Positions 11,101-20,061 are shown, numbered from the stretch's first letter. The stretch is 64,000 bases of DNA from Candidatus Multivorans sp. (GCA_965224025.1 OZ245033.1:3712001-3776000); one strand, 5' to 3'. The notes: generated by a model from the sequence alone, not told the origin. Numbers and translations are program-made.

Positions 11101-11163
11101 GAGTTGAAGTCCAGGCGGCCGGACCGCGAAGTGCGGATTGCGGTCGGCCGCGGACGCGGCTAG
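8122..11163 (+). CDS. Secreted VWA domain protein (acidobacterial type), paralog of upstream gene
   Basis: Signal peptide; LGLAVDSSRS MIDAS, TALYDA, RALVVLTDGDD and ELRSQYMLGY; two VEFY-type Ig-like domains. Confidence 0.87.
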   Translation: MICTSSRRWLLPAVTATLVVLSADVSAAQLLNRDSEIIFQIPAAPAWQLDGTSIEVLENGESREVLAVDRVAERWRIIVYFDLPGSTPAGIEAAAAAVDASADALVALGDIEIITADRIAEGVLEPTANAQEVRAAAAVLAARAGAAGALLELRRDLQATAEARSGDPDADGLRTADLLDGFLLEVDTLRWQRANLLESLEGGAWATGPARALFLVRDAMDLSGDAFAQRLLDKPTPAFERAALSEQRQQRSLARAVAALGWRVYPLHVAPAVEGTDDLLPGRLQASHDFANASGGRVLNGEDELAAALKELAASWRLRYRSTGTRDGATHPVDVRVASSGGRPPGAPPPEVAARRWATVGAPTDLVALRASRALEAMNRDGDDSSIGASSELAIRGVLLPQGVQSTTDGAGAELVTLDGVASIGGSPPPSSDSLRITVHGRGLDAPPFLLHRAGTGADLDGGAWRFRTLFDLPAAIDELVLMVEDLRNDRWRVTFLDPGSNPIDDRGDVELLVPDTARGQLVAKPTEAEIVAAARAASRRAGWAGGSPLRQRTSSGDNAQAASLVRLIPPRGERSGLSGRRSFGTVTTSDVVRRVEFYLDGELVFDDRRKPFENRLDLGPEAVPHTIRIVAYDRSDRWLSEDELTINEHRRRADVGIASVEAQPGGRYAIEAQVELAAGRLLDRVEFYRNDRLAATMTRPPFRTVLPGPAMPGADFARVAVYLDDGTTIEDVEFLSSDTPVAETVVNLVEVYVVVNDDEGKPITTLTQEDFVLLGGRNEIPIERFAVAEDVPLVLGLAVDSSRSMYALMPDTRIAAARFLGNTLTTIDQAFLVDFDNRPRLIADTTADVGDLIGSLKDLRADGQTALYDAMQYSLVHLARDQGRRALVVLTDGDDLGSQSSYRRTFRTAGNTGVPIYVISMSQEENPRGRGPRKLDMEAISKASGGRVYYVGSMDSVLRAYAHIGNELRSQYMLGYSTSAPLTSKEVQSIKVELKSRRPDREVRIAVGRGRG

Positions 11164-11168
11164 CAGAG

Positions 11169-11266
11169 TTCGCCGTAGAACGCAGCGAAGCGAGTTCTCA
11201 GGCGGACGCTGCCGGCGAGGTGGGGGCTGGGGCCAAACATGGAGCCCGCGACAGGTTTGGCGGCTC
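11169..11266. repeat. Double-hairpin palindromic element family C, intergenic copy (may act as terminator)
   Basis: Stems AGAAC..GTTCT and CCAAAC..GTTTGG between convergent genes; aligns with 23363-23460. Confidence 0.7.
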
Positions 11267-12126
11267 TAGGGCTCGGCGACCACCGGGTTCTCCAGCACAC
11301 CGAGGCCGTCGATCTCGATCCGCACCACATCGCCGGGAACCAGGAACTTCGGCGGCTTGTAGCCCAGGCCCACACCCGCCGGCGTGCCGGTGGTCACCAC
11401 GTCGCCAGGCTCGAGCGTACACATCGTCGAGATCGTCTCGACCAGCGTCGGACAGTCGAAGACCAGCTCGCTGGTGTTCGAGTCTTGCCGCAACTCGCCG
11501 CGCACCCAGGTGCGGATGCCGAGCGAGTTCGGAGCCCCGACCTCGTCTGAGGTGACCAGGTACGGACCCATCGGACCGTGCGTATCCCAGCCCTTGCCGA
11601 GGACCATCGTCGGCGAACGACGCTGCCAGTCGCGGACGGACACGTCGTTGACGATCGTGTAACCCGCGATCACGGCCTCCGCATCGGCTGCCGCGACGCC
11701 GCGGCAACGGCGCCCGATCACAAAGGCGAACTCGCCCTCGTAGTCGACCGCGGAGGATGCCCGCGGGATGTGAATGTCGCCGCCCGGCCGGTTGATGCAG
11801 GTGACCTGCTTGTTGAAGACCGTCGGGAACGACGGCGGCTTCTGCCCGGTCTCGGCGGCGTGGTCCGCGTAGTTCAGGCCGATAGCCAGGAACTTCCGGG
11901 GCCGCGGCACCGGGGCCAGCAGCGTCTGCTCGGCCAGCGGCGCCCGGCCGGCACCGGAGCCGACGGCGCCCCGGGCAGCGTCCATCGCTTCCTCGCCGGC
12001 CGCCAGAAACCGGCACATGCCGCGTGGCAGGTCCGGCGCTGCGACGCTCAGGTCGACCACGGTGTCCTCGTCCACCAGCACGCCGATCGCGGAACGGCCG
12101 TTCCGCAGCAGGGAAAGGAGTTTCAT
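11266..12126 (-). CDS. Fumarylacetoacetate hydrolase family protein
   Basis: IGLNYADH, DYEGE, NDVSVRD, GKGWDT and LEPGDVVTTGTPAGVG motifs. Confidence 0.93.
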   Translation of the reverse strand: MKLLSLLRNGRSAIGVLVDEDTVVDLSVAAPDLPRGMCRFLAAGEEAMDAARGAVGSGAGRAPLAEQTLLAPVPRPRKFLAIGLNYADHAAETGQKPPSFPTVFNKQVTCINRPGGDIHIPRASSAVDYEGEFAFVIGRRCRGVAAADAEAVIAGYTIVNDVSVRDWQRRSPTMVLGKGWDTHGPMGPYLVTSDEVGAPNSLGIRTWVRGELRQDSNTSELVFDCPTLVETISTMCTLEPGDVVTTGTPAGVGLGYKPPKFLVPGDVVRIEIDGLGVLENPVVAEP

Positions 12127-12140
12127 CAGCCGGCTCCCCT

Positions 12141-14102
12141 CTACTTCGCCTTCGGCAACGCCAGGGCAATGATCTCCGCCTGGCCCTCACCGCCGACCGC
12201 CATGGCGATGTACTGGCGGCCACCGATTTCGTAGGACATCGGCGTTCCGCCAGGCGCCAGTTCCAACTCCAACTCGTGGACCACGTCGCCGGTCTTCTTG
12301 TCGTGCGCCCGGAGGACGGCGGTTTCGGCGCCGCCACCGCCGCCCATGCCCGGCGCGCCGCCCTGGGCCTGGAACAGCAGGGTGGGGGTCAGCAGCGGCC
12401 CGGCGGCGGGCGGTCCGCCAAGCGGACCTGGATCCTCACCGGTAATCCGCTCGATCGGCCCCCGCGGGCCGTCACCGAGAGGCTTCATCCAGGCATGCTC
12501 GCCGGTGTTCAGATCGATCGCCGTGATCCGGCCGTAGGGCGGCCTGGTCAGGGGCAGTCCCATCGGGCCCGGCAGGAAGAAGCTCTCGATGCCGCTCATG
12601 CCGCGGATGTAGCGGAAGTTCGAGCGGGCGCCGTCCGGCTCGGTCAGCTTGACGACCATCGGCATGGTGTAGGACGGGATGTAGATCATCGAGGTCTCGG
12701 GATCGACCGCGGCGCCGAACCAGTTCGCTCCACCCCCCCAGCCCGGCAAGAGCACGGTGCCCTGGAGCGAAGGCGGCGTAAACAGCGGTCCGTAGATCCA
12801 CCTGTCGCGGATCTTCTTGGCCGCCTCGTGCAGTTCCGGCGTGAACGAGATCAGCATGTCGTCGCTCTCGAAGCCCTGGTGCTCGTAGGGCGCCGGCCTG
12901 GTCGGGAACGGCTGGGTGGGCGAGGTGCGCTCGCCCGGCACGTCGGTCTGCGGCACCTCCCGCTCCTCGATCGGCCAGACCTCTTCGCCGGTCACGCGAT
13001 CGAAGACGTAGATGAAGCCCTGTTTCGTGATCTGGGCGACCGCCTTGATCTCCTTGCCGTCGACCGTGATGTCGACCAGGTTCGGCGCCGCCGGCACGTC
13101 GTAGTCCCACAGGCCGTGGCGGACGAATTGGAAGTGCCACACCTTCTCTCCGGTGTCGGCGTCGAGGCAGACCAGGCTCTCGGCGTAGAGGTTGTCGCCC
13201 AGGCGGTGGCCGCCGTACCAGTCGTTCGTCGGCGTGCCGGTGGGCAGGTAGACGTAGCCCAGTTCCGGGTCGCCGCTCATCAGCGACCAGACGTTCGTGT
13301 TGCCGCTGTAGGTCCAGGACTCGTTCTCCCAGGTCTCCACTCCCGGCTCGTCGCCCTGAGGGATCGTGTGGAAGATCCACTTCTGCTCACCTGTGCGCGC
13401 GTCGAAGCCGCGCACGTGGCCGGGCGGCATCTCCTTGCGCAGCGGGTCGTCCTTGATCGAGGCGCCGACGACCACCGTGTCGCCGATGATCATCGGCGCC
13501 GAGATGACGGAGTAGATGCGGCGTTGCACCGGCCGCCCGAGACCCTTCGTGAGATCGACCTTGCCCTCGGTACCGAAGCCGCCGACAGGCTCGCCGGTGT
13601 GGGCGTCGATCGCCCACAGCCAGGCTTGGTTCGTCGGCATCAGGATCCGCGCCTGCTCGCCGTCCGTCCAGTAGCCGACGCCGCGGTGGTTGTAGCCGAG
13701 GTTCGTGGGTCGGCTGGTGCGCCAGTCCTCGGTGTCGAACAACCACTTCGACTCTCCGGTCTCCCCATCGATCGCGGCCACCTGGCCATAGGAGGTCGTC
13801 ACGTAGAGCACGCCGCCGACCATCAGCGGCGTCACCTTGTAGGGGCCCGGCTGGAGCATCCGGTTCCGAGACTCCGCCTCGGCGTTGTCGGGAGACTCCC
13901 AACGCCAGGCGACCTCGAGGTCGGCCACGTTGTCGCGGTCGATCTGATCGAGCGCCGTGTACTTCGTGCTGCCGTAGTCGCCGCCGTAGGACGGCCAGTC
14001 ACCGGCGCCGACGCCCTGCTGGGCCCCGACCGCGCCAGAGCAGAAGGCCAGCAGCGCCGGAACCAGGGTCGACGATCTGAACGCTCCGTGTAATCGGGTC
14101 AA
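12141..14102 (-). CDS. PQQ-dependent quinoprotein dehydrogenase (glucose dehydrogenase-like, soluble/periplasmic)
   Basis: DWPSYGGD, TPLMVGGVLY, HGLWDYDVPAAP, WPIEER..TSPTQPFP and GGANW motifs; TTG start at 14102 with GAAGGAG RBS; the 1253-aa ORF call is over-extended. Confidence 0.9.
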   Translation of the reverse strand: MTRLHGAFRSSTLVPALLAFCSGAVGAQQGVGAGDWPSYGGDYGSTKYTALDQIDRDNVADLEVAWRWESPDNAEAESRNRMLQPGPYKVTPLMVGGVLYVTTSYGQVAAIDGETGESKWLFDTEDWRTSRPTNLGYNHRGVGYWTDGEQARILMPTNQAWLWAIDAHTGEPVGGFGTEGKVDLTKGLGRPVQRRIYSVISAPMIIGDTVVVGASIKDDPLRKEMPPGHVRGFDARTGEQKWIFHTIPQGDEPGVETWENESWTYSGNTNVWSLMSGDPELGYVYLPTGTPTNDWYGGHRLGDNLYAESLVCLDADTGEKVWHFQFVRHGLWDYDVPAAPNLVDITVDGKEIKAVAQITKQGFIYVFDRVTGEEVWPIEEREVPQTDVPGERTSPTQPFPTRPAPYEHQGFESDDMLISFTPELHEAAKKIRDRWIYGPLFTPPSLQGTVLLPGWGGGANWFGAAVDPETSMIYIPSYTMPMVVKLTEPDGARSNFRYIRGMSGIESFFLPGPMGLPLTRPPYGRITAIDLNTGEHAWMKPLGDGPRGPIERITGEDPGPLGGPPAAGPLLTPTLLFQAQGGAPGMGGGGGAETAVLRAHDKKTGDVVHELELELAPGGTPMSYEIGGRQYIAMAVGGEGQAEIIALALPKAK

Positions 14103-14294
14103 TTCGGCTTCTCCTTCAGGTGGGGTGCGCGGCCGCGCGATCATACCGGCGGTAGAGCAGGATACGGCGGTCCGGCACCCGAGTTTCCTTCTCCGCCACG
14201 TGAAGCCGCCGCGAAGCGGTCCGACTTGCCATATGCTTGCCCTCCTCTTCACAAACACGATCCTGCATCCCCCCTCGGACTCCGACAACCAAGC

Positions 14295-15740
14295 ATGCTC
14301 ACGCCGGCCACGATCGCGCTGGCCATGGCAATCCTCGCGGCCATGGGGGCCGCCGGCGCGCCCCTTGAGGACCAGACCGACGATCCGGCCCTGCCGCGAG
14401 CGTCCGAGCGGCTGCAGCGGTACCTGCGGATCGACACCACGAACCCGCCCGGCAACGAGAGCCGCGCCGTCGCCTTCTTCGCCGACATCTTCGAGCGCGA
14501 GGGCATCCCCTACGAGACCGTCGAGCCGGTAGCTGGCCGCGGCAGCATCTGGGCGCGTCTTACGGGCGGTTCGGCGCCGGGCATCGTCCTGCTCCACCAC
14601 ACGGACGTGGTGCCGGCGGACGGCCGCTTCTGGAAGCACGTCCCGCTTTCCGGCGCCTACGACGAGGGTTACCTCTACGGTCGCGGCGCCCTGGATACCA
14701 AGGGTCTGGGCATCATGCACCTGGAGGCGTTCCTCGCCCTCGCCCGATCCGGCAAGCCCCTCGACCGCGACGTCATCTTCCTCGCCACGGCCGACGAGGA
14801 GGCCGGCGGTCTCCTGGGCGCCGGCTGGCTCGTCCGCAACCGTCCGGACCTGCTCGAAGGCGTCGGTCTGCTCCTGAACGAGGGCGGCAGTGGACGCATT
14901 CTGGGCAACCGCGTGGCCTTCAGCGTCGAGGTAACGCAGAAGGTACCGCTCTGGCTGAGATTGAACGCGGTGGGTCCCGCCGGCCACGGTTCCAGTCCGT
15001 CTCCCAGAAGCGCGGTCACCGACCTTGTCGAAGCGCTGGAACGTCTGGGTCGGAACCCCTTCGCGCCTCGTATCGTGCCCGCCGTGGGTGACTTCTTCCG
15101 AAGTCTGGCTGACCTGGAGGCCGCGGCAGCCGATCTGGCCGATCCCGAGCGGCTGATCGCGGCGCCGGAACGGCTCGCCGCCCTGCACCGGACGAATCCG
15201 ATGCTGCACGCCCTGACCAGGAACACCTGCGCGGTGACCCGGCTCGAAGCGTCGAGCAAGATCAACGTCGTGGCCCCCGCCGCGACCGCCGAACTCGACT
15301 GCCGCCTGTTGCCCGATCAGAGCCCGCGCCTCTTCATCCGCGACCTGAGAGCCAGCCTCGACCAGCCGTCGGTCCAGGTCGAGGTCCTCATGTCCTTCAC
15401 GCCGGCCGTCTCCTCGACCGACACCGAGCTCTACCGCGCCATCGAGAACGTCACCGCCCGCCGCTACCCCGGGTCGTCGGTCTTGCCCGCCGTCACCGCC
15501 GGCTTCACCGACAGCCACTTCTTCCGCGACCTCGGGATCGTCGCCTATGGCTTCTCGCCGGTCGTCGTCCCGAACTCCGATCAGGGCGGCGTGCACGGCA
15601 ACAACGAGCGGATCTCGGTCCAGAACGTCGAGCGCGGTTGGCAGACGATGCTCGACCTGCTGCAGACGATCGCACTCGAGCCAGGCCGACGGCAGCCCAC
15701 GGCTGCCGGGGTCACTCCGACCGCCGGCGGCCAGGACTGA
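14295..15740 (+). CDS. M20/M25/M40 family metallopeptidase
   Basis: HHTDVVPA, YGRGALDTKG, ADEE, GFTDSHFFR and HGNNERI motifs; signal peptide. Confidence 0.9.
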   Translation: MLTPATIALAMAILAAMGAAGAPLEDQTDDPALPRASERLQRYLRIDTTNPPGNESRAVAFFADIFEREGIPYETVEPVAGRGSIWARLTGGSAPGIVLLHHTDVVPADGRFWKHVPLSGAYDEGYLYGRGALDTKGLGIMHLEAFLALARSGKPLDRDVIFLATADEEAGGLLGAGWLVRNRPDLLEGVGLLLNEGGSGRILGNRVAFSVEVTQKVPLWLRLNAVGPAGHGSSPSPRSAVTDLVEALERLGRNPFAPRIVPAVGDFFRSLADLEAAAADLADPERLIAAPERLAALHRTNPMLHALTRNTCAVTRLEASSKINVVAPAATAELDCRLLPDQSPRLFIRDLRASLDQPSVQVEVLMSFTPAVSSTDTELYRAIENVTARRYPGSSVLPAVTAGFTDSHFFRDLGIVAYGFSPVVVPNSDQGGVHGNNERISVQNVERGWQTMLDLLQTIALEPGRRQPTAAGVTPTAGGQD

Positions 15741-15810
15741 CGCGGCGGTCACCGGCCTTTGGCCGGCGGCATTATCTGGCCGCCTCCGGCGGCAGCGGGT
15801 CAGAAGACCC

Positions 15811-15850
15811 GCATCAAGCGCGATGCCGCGAAGCGGCGAGCGCGAGCCGA
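15811..15850 (+). repeat. Dispersed palindromic repeat family B, copy 2
   Basis: 38/40 identity to reverse complement of 1-40; hairpins GCATC..GATGC and GCCGC-GAA-GCGGC. Confidence 0.75.
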
Positions 15851-15867
15851 CGGCTAGGATCGCCCAC

Positions 15868-17445
15868 ATGAAGCACGCACCCTCCATCGCCTTCGCCCTC
15901 ATCCTTCCGGCCTTTCTCGCCTGCGCCGCCGAGCCGCCCGACCCCTTCCTCGTCCAGACCGCCGCAGGTCTGGTTCAAGGCTTCGCTCCGGAAGGCAGCG
16001 ACGACATCGCCGCCTTCCTCGGCATCCCCTTCGCCGAAGCCCCTCAGGGCAATCTGCGCTGGCGCTCACCCCAACCCGCCGGCTCCTGGGACGAACCCCT
16101 CCAGGCCAGCGAGTACGGCCCCATCTGCCCGCAGGGGCGCGCGCAGCTCCCCCAGAGCGAGGATTGCCTGTACCTGAACGTGTGGACGCCGACGGACCCC
16201 GGCGACGACGAACCGCTGCCGGTCATGGTCTGGATTCACGGCGGCGGCTTCCGAGCCGGCAACGGCCGTCTCGGCGAAGCCCCCGAGACCGGCCGCGGCG
16301 CCGGCCTGGCACGACGCGGTGTGGTCGTGGTCAGCATCCAGTACCGGCTGGGAGCGCTCGGCTTCTTCGCCCACCCCGCCCTGGCCGCCGAGGCCGCGGC
16401 CTCCGGCGAACCCGAGGGGAGCCACGGCGTGCTCGACATGATCGCCGCCCTCGAATGGGTGCAGCGAAACGCCGCGGCCTTCGGCGGCGATCCGGACCGG
16501 GTGACGATCTTCGGGGTCTCCGCCGGCGGGATGGCGGTGAACACCCTGATGAGCACGCCCGAGGCCGCCGGCCTGTTCCACCGCGCGATCGCGGAGAGCG
16601 GCTACGGCACCTGGCGGCTGCCCCACATCAGCGAAGCCCGCTGGGGACTGCCCTCGGCCCGCGAGCAGGGCGCGGCCGTGATCGCCGAAGCCGGCTTCGA
16701 CCTTGGCGAGGCACCCTCCGCCGACCATCTCCGGACACTGCCGTTCGAGGAACTGGGCGCGCTTGGCACCGGCTTCTGGGTGCCGATTACAGGGACCGTG
16801 CTCCCCGACGAGCCCGGGATCGTGTTCGCCCGCGGCGAGCAGCACGACGTGCCGTACATCACCGGCGGCAACAGCTTCGAAGGGACCATCTTCCGCGCCT
16901 TCCAGGTGGCCCCCGGCGACCACTTCGCCGCCTTCGGCGTGCGCGAGCAGCAGGCCCGAAGCCTCTACGGCGCAAACGGCGACACGGACGTCGACGCCGA
17001 GCGCGTCGCCGCGGCCACTCTGTTCGGCGACCAGCGCTACGTCATCTCCGCCCGCTACCTCGCGGATCAGATGAAGACCGTCTCCTCGCCGGCACGCACC
17101 TACTACTTCCAGTTCGTCCCCGAGGCGCAGCGCGAGACGTTCCCCGGCGCCCCCCACGGTTCCGAGGTCGCCTACGCCTTCGGCGCCACGAACGACCCGG
17201 AGTCCGAGCGCAACTCCGGCGCGGACGGCGCCGCCCTCGGCGACGCGATGGCCGGCTACTGGACCCGCTTCGCCGCCACCGGCGACCCGAACGGCGACGG
17301 CGCCCCGGACTGGCCCGAGTACGATGGCGAGAGCGACACGTGGATGGTGCTCGACGCGCCACAGCCGAGGGCGATGCAGGGTGTGATCAAGGACAAGCTG
17401 GACCTGCTGGAGGCCGTGTACCTGGCGCGGATCGGCGGGGAGTAG
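15868..17445 (+). CDS. Carboxylesterase type B (probable lipoprotein)
   Basis: FLGIPFA, SEDCLYLNVW, WIHGGGF, GVSAG nucleophile motif, HGSEV; lipobox FLAC. Confidence 0.93.
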   Translation: MKHAPSIAFALILPAFLACAAEPPDPFLVQTAAGLVQGFAPEGSDDIAAFLGIPFAEAPQGNLRWRSPQPAGSWDEPLQASEYGPICPQGRAQLPQSEDCLYLNVWTPTDPGDDEPLPVMVWIHGGGFRAGNGRLGEAPETGRGAGLARRGVVVVSIQYRLGALGFFAHPALAAEAAASGEPEGSHGVLDMIAALEWVQRNAAAFGGDPDRVTIFGVSAGGMAVNTLMSTPEAAGLFHRAIAESGYGTWRLPHISEARWGLPSAREQGAAVIAEAGFDLGEAPSADHLRTLPFEELGALGTGFWVPITGTVLPDEPGIVFARGEQHDVPYITGGNSFEGTIFRAFQVAPGDHFAAFGVREQQARSLYGANGDTDVDAERVAAATLFGDQRYVISARYLADQMKTVSSPARTYYFQFVPEAQRETFPGAPHGSEVAYAFGATNDPESERNSGADGAALGDAMAGYWTRFAATGDPNGDGAPDWPEYDGESDTWMVLDAPQPRAMQGVIKDKLDLLEAVYLARIGGE

Positions 17446-17449
17446 GTGA

Positions 17450-18019
17450 CGAGATGGCTTCGTCGCGCCTTCGATAGCCTCTGGCGGCTCCCGAGATGAC
17501 AGCCCGGCCTGACCTCGCGGCCAGTACACCGACCTCCTGCGCGTATGCCATCAGGTTCGTTCCGACGTCCCGCGGGCCGACGACTGCCAGACCGCCCCTA
17601 TCCACCAAGGACCGGTCGCCGCAACCATAGAGAACGGGAGGCGTCTTCTCACGAAGCCGTGCCTTCAGCCGCCTGGGGTAGCTGTCATCGGCTCGACTTA
17701 CGACCCAGATCGCTCGGGTCTGCCACCGTTCCACCGCGAGACTCGACTGGACTCCCCGTCCCAGCAGGGACTCGATCCGCCGGCGATCGATTCGAGGCCC
17801 GGCGGCCGCCAGACACTCGTCGAGCACGGCGCTGCCCTCTACGCCGACCAGGTCCGCTGGCTCGCGCCTGATCTCACGCAGGCGATTCGCCAGCTCCGAG
17901 TATTCGCGTCTAGGCGAGAGCGGCCTCAGCGCCGGATCCCTGGGCCGCCCACGGCCAACAATAAGCGGAGCGGTCAGCAGCAAGATGGCCTTCGTGTTTT
18001 GCGAAAGCGGCTCGCTCAT
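17450..18019 (-). pseudogene. dprA: Truncated DNA-processing protein DprA (Smf)
   Basis: TKAILLLTAPL, YPRRLKARL..PPVLYGCG, LAVVGPR and VISGAARG, then similarity ends; C-terminal half is missing. Confidence 0.75.
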
Positions 18020-18027
18020 CGTTCCGC

Positions 18028-18496
18028 TCAAGCCGCAGCCAGCGCCAAGGGCCAAACCTCGCCACTGCCCTCGTTTCTCAACAGCCATGCAGCGGCCGTG
18101 AACGTCCAGCGGGAATCGACGACGTCATCCACCAGTAGCACCGGTGCCGCCGAGGGTCGGCCGTCCAGCTCGAGCGCGCTCCCAGACCTCCCTGTTGTCG
18201 GAGTTGATCGTCTCCGCTCGGATGCCCATCCGCTCTGCGGCGGCAATCTGGTTCCTCATCAAGGCAAGGAGCGGCGACACCAGAAGGGCCGGTCCCATAC
18301 CTGCCTCCCGCAGGAGCTTGGCGGCGATGAAGTAGACGAAGCTCTTTCCCCATCCCGTGCGCTGTAAGACCAACAGCCGGCCTCGCCCCTCGACGACATG
18401 CCGAACAGCCTCGTCCTGGCCGCGCCGGAACGCTGCGTCCGGCTGGCTGGTTCCGAGTCGGAGGAGTTGTACGGCGCGATTCTCGTTGTAGTTCAT
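18028..18496 (-). pseudogene. RecQ-family helicase / phosphoribosyltransferase fusion with large internal deletion
   Basis: N-terminus FRRGQDEA..QRTGWGKS (Walker A)..VSPLLALMRNQ joined out of frame to the C-terminal PRTase motif VLLVDDVVDSRWTFT. Confidence 0.8.
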
Positions 18497-18570
18497 CGAC
18501 CGGCCGTTGTATCGCATTCGGCCTACCTTGTCAGCGTCTTGAGAAGACGGCTGGCAGGCTCAGCCGACCT

Positions 18571-18720
18571 TCACTGCTCGAATGCCGAAGTCGTTCGTGT
18601 CTCCTCGTACAACGCCGGCACGAACTTCTCCGTCTCGCCGCTCTCTTCGATGTTGTGGACGATCCAGTCCCGGAGCAGTTCCTCCGTGAATTGCCGGCGG
18701 ATGAACCAGTTCAGGAGACT
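18571..18720 (-). pseudogene. C-terminal remnant of an unidentified gene
   Basis: Start-less frame SLLNWFIRRQFTEELLRDWIVHNIEESGETEKFVPALYEETRTTSAFEQ* with genome-like GC3 codon use. Confidence 0.4.
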
Positions 18721-18732
18721 GTACGAAGATCA

Positions 18733-18978
18733 CTAGAAGCGGCGCCCCTCATCACGGGCGGCGAGGATCACCTCGGTCGTGACGGAAGGACGCCTGCTCC
18801 GCGCCGCCTTGATCCGTTCGATGACCGCCGTTGTGGGCTCGTCGGCGGCGCTCTCCATGCCGACGATTCGAGCGACAGGCTCGCCGCGTCGCGTGATCGT
18901 CACGACCTCGCCCCGTTCCACGGCACGCAGGAGTTCGGGCAACCGGGTCTTTGCCTCGTAGGATCCGATAGTCGTCAT
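18733..18978 (-). CDS. Type II TA antitoxin, Phd/YefM family (orphan)
   Basis: MTTIGSYEAKTRLPELLRAVERGEVVTITRRGEPVARIV signature; AGGGGG RBS. Confidence 0.9.
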   Translation of the reverse strand: MTTIGSYEAKTRLPELLRAVERGEVVTITRRGEPVARIVGMESAADEPTTAVIERIKAARSRRPSVTTEVILAARDEGRRF

Positions 18979-18990
18979 AAGGTCCCCCTT

Positions 18991-19024
18991 GTAGACCAGA
19001 CCTGTAGACCAAGTCGGTAGACCA
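18991..19024. promoter_or_regulatory. Triple direct repeat GTAGACCA, probable TA autoregulatory operator
   Basis: GTAGACCA at 18991, 19004 and 19017 (exact 13-bp period) just upstream of the antitoxin RBS. Confidence 0.55.
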
Positions 19025-19068
19025 GCCTATTCCAGATTCTCCGACCTTTCCCCGAGAGGCGCGCAGCG

Positions 19069-20061
19069 TTGTTCATCTGCACATTCATCCTCGCAACCAG
19101 CGCGATGGCCCCCAGCCCTCAGGACTCGACTCTGGGCCACCCGCCCGCTCGGGGCGACGACCTCGGACGCCAGGCCTTCCTCCGCTACTGCCGGGAGTGC
19201 CACGGGGAGGAGGGGGACGGGCTCGGCAAGTTCAGCTACACGACCGGCGAACGGCCCCGCAGCTTCCAGTCCGGGCGCTTCAAGCTGGCCACGACCGAGA
19301 ACGCGATTCCCTCGGACCGGGACCTCGAAGAGACGATCCGGCGCGGCATGCCGGGTACGGGGATGTCCGCTTGGGGACAGGTCCCGGACGCCGAGATCGA
19401 GGCAATGGCGCGCTACGTGCGCAGTTTCAGCCTGAACGCGCTGCGCAAGGAACTCGACGCTGAGGTCGCGGCCGGCGAGTTGAGCGCGGCGGAAGCCGAT
19501 GCCGAGTTCGCGCGCCGAACCGCGCCCGGACCGCCGATCCGGATACCGCCCAAGCCGCCGTTCGACGACGAACGGCGTGCCCGCGGCGAGCGCCTCTACC
19601 TGGAAGCCTGCGCCTCCTGCCACGGCCCCAACGGCCGGCGGCTCCGCAATGACCCGATGGCCGACTTCGAGGGCAACCACACCCTGCCGACCAACATCAC
19701 GGGCGGCATCTTCAAGGGCGGAAACGGCAGCGCCGACATCTACAGCCGCCTCTATCTCGGCATGGACGGTACCGCGATGCCCGGTTACCGCGATGCGTAC
19801 GGCACGGACGAGATCTGGGATCTTGTCCATACGGTGGAGCGGATCATCGCCGAAGGTGGTTTGGGGCTGCCTGAGGACGAGGCGGCAATCGCCGCGGCGG
19901 CGGCAGCCGCGCAGGATTTCTCTTCGCTCTTCGACGAGCCGGAGTACGAGGAGCTTCCGGAGAACGTCCGGGAGGAGACCTCGCCGATTCTGTTGGGAGT
20001 GGGGGGCGTGCTATTGCTGGCGGTGCTGGTCGGGGCGGCGCTGTTGACGAGTCGGCGGTAG
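19069..20061 (+). CDS. Diheme c-type cytochrome with C-terminal membrane anchor
   Basis: CRECH and CASCH motifs; RPRSF..GMPGTGM and GMDGTAMP distal Met motifs; hydrophobic C-terminus. Confidence 0.85.
   Translation: MFICTFILATSAMAPSPQDSTLGHPPARGDDLGRQAFLRYCRECHGEEGDGLGKFSYTTGERPRSFQSGRFKLATTENAIPSDRDLEETIRRGMPGTGMSAWGQVPDAEIEAMARYVRSFSLNALRKELDAEVAAGELSAAEADAEFARRTAPGPPIRIPPKPPFDDERRARGERLYLEACASCHGPNGRRLRNDPMADFEGNHTLPTNITGGIFKGGNGSADIYSRLYLGMDGTAMPGYRDAYGTDEIWDLVHTVERIIAEGGLGLPEDEAAIAAAAAAAQDFSSLFDEPEYEELPENVREETSPILLGVGGVLLLAVLVGAALLTSRR

Noticed and set aside
12141-15902. 1253-aa ORF as a giant fusion protein
   Set aside because: The N-terminal 600 aa are antisense to the M20 peptidase; the real gene starts at TTG 14102 with an RBS and signal peptide.
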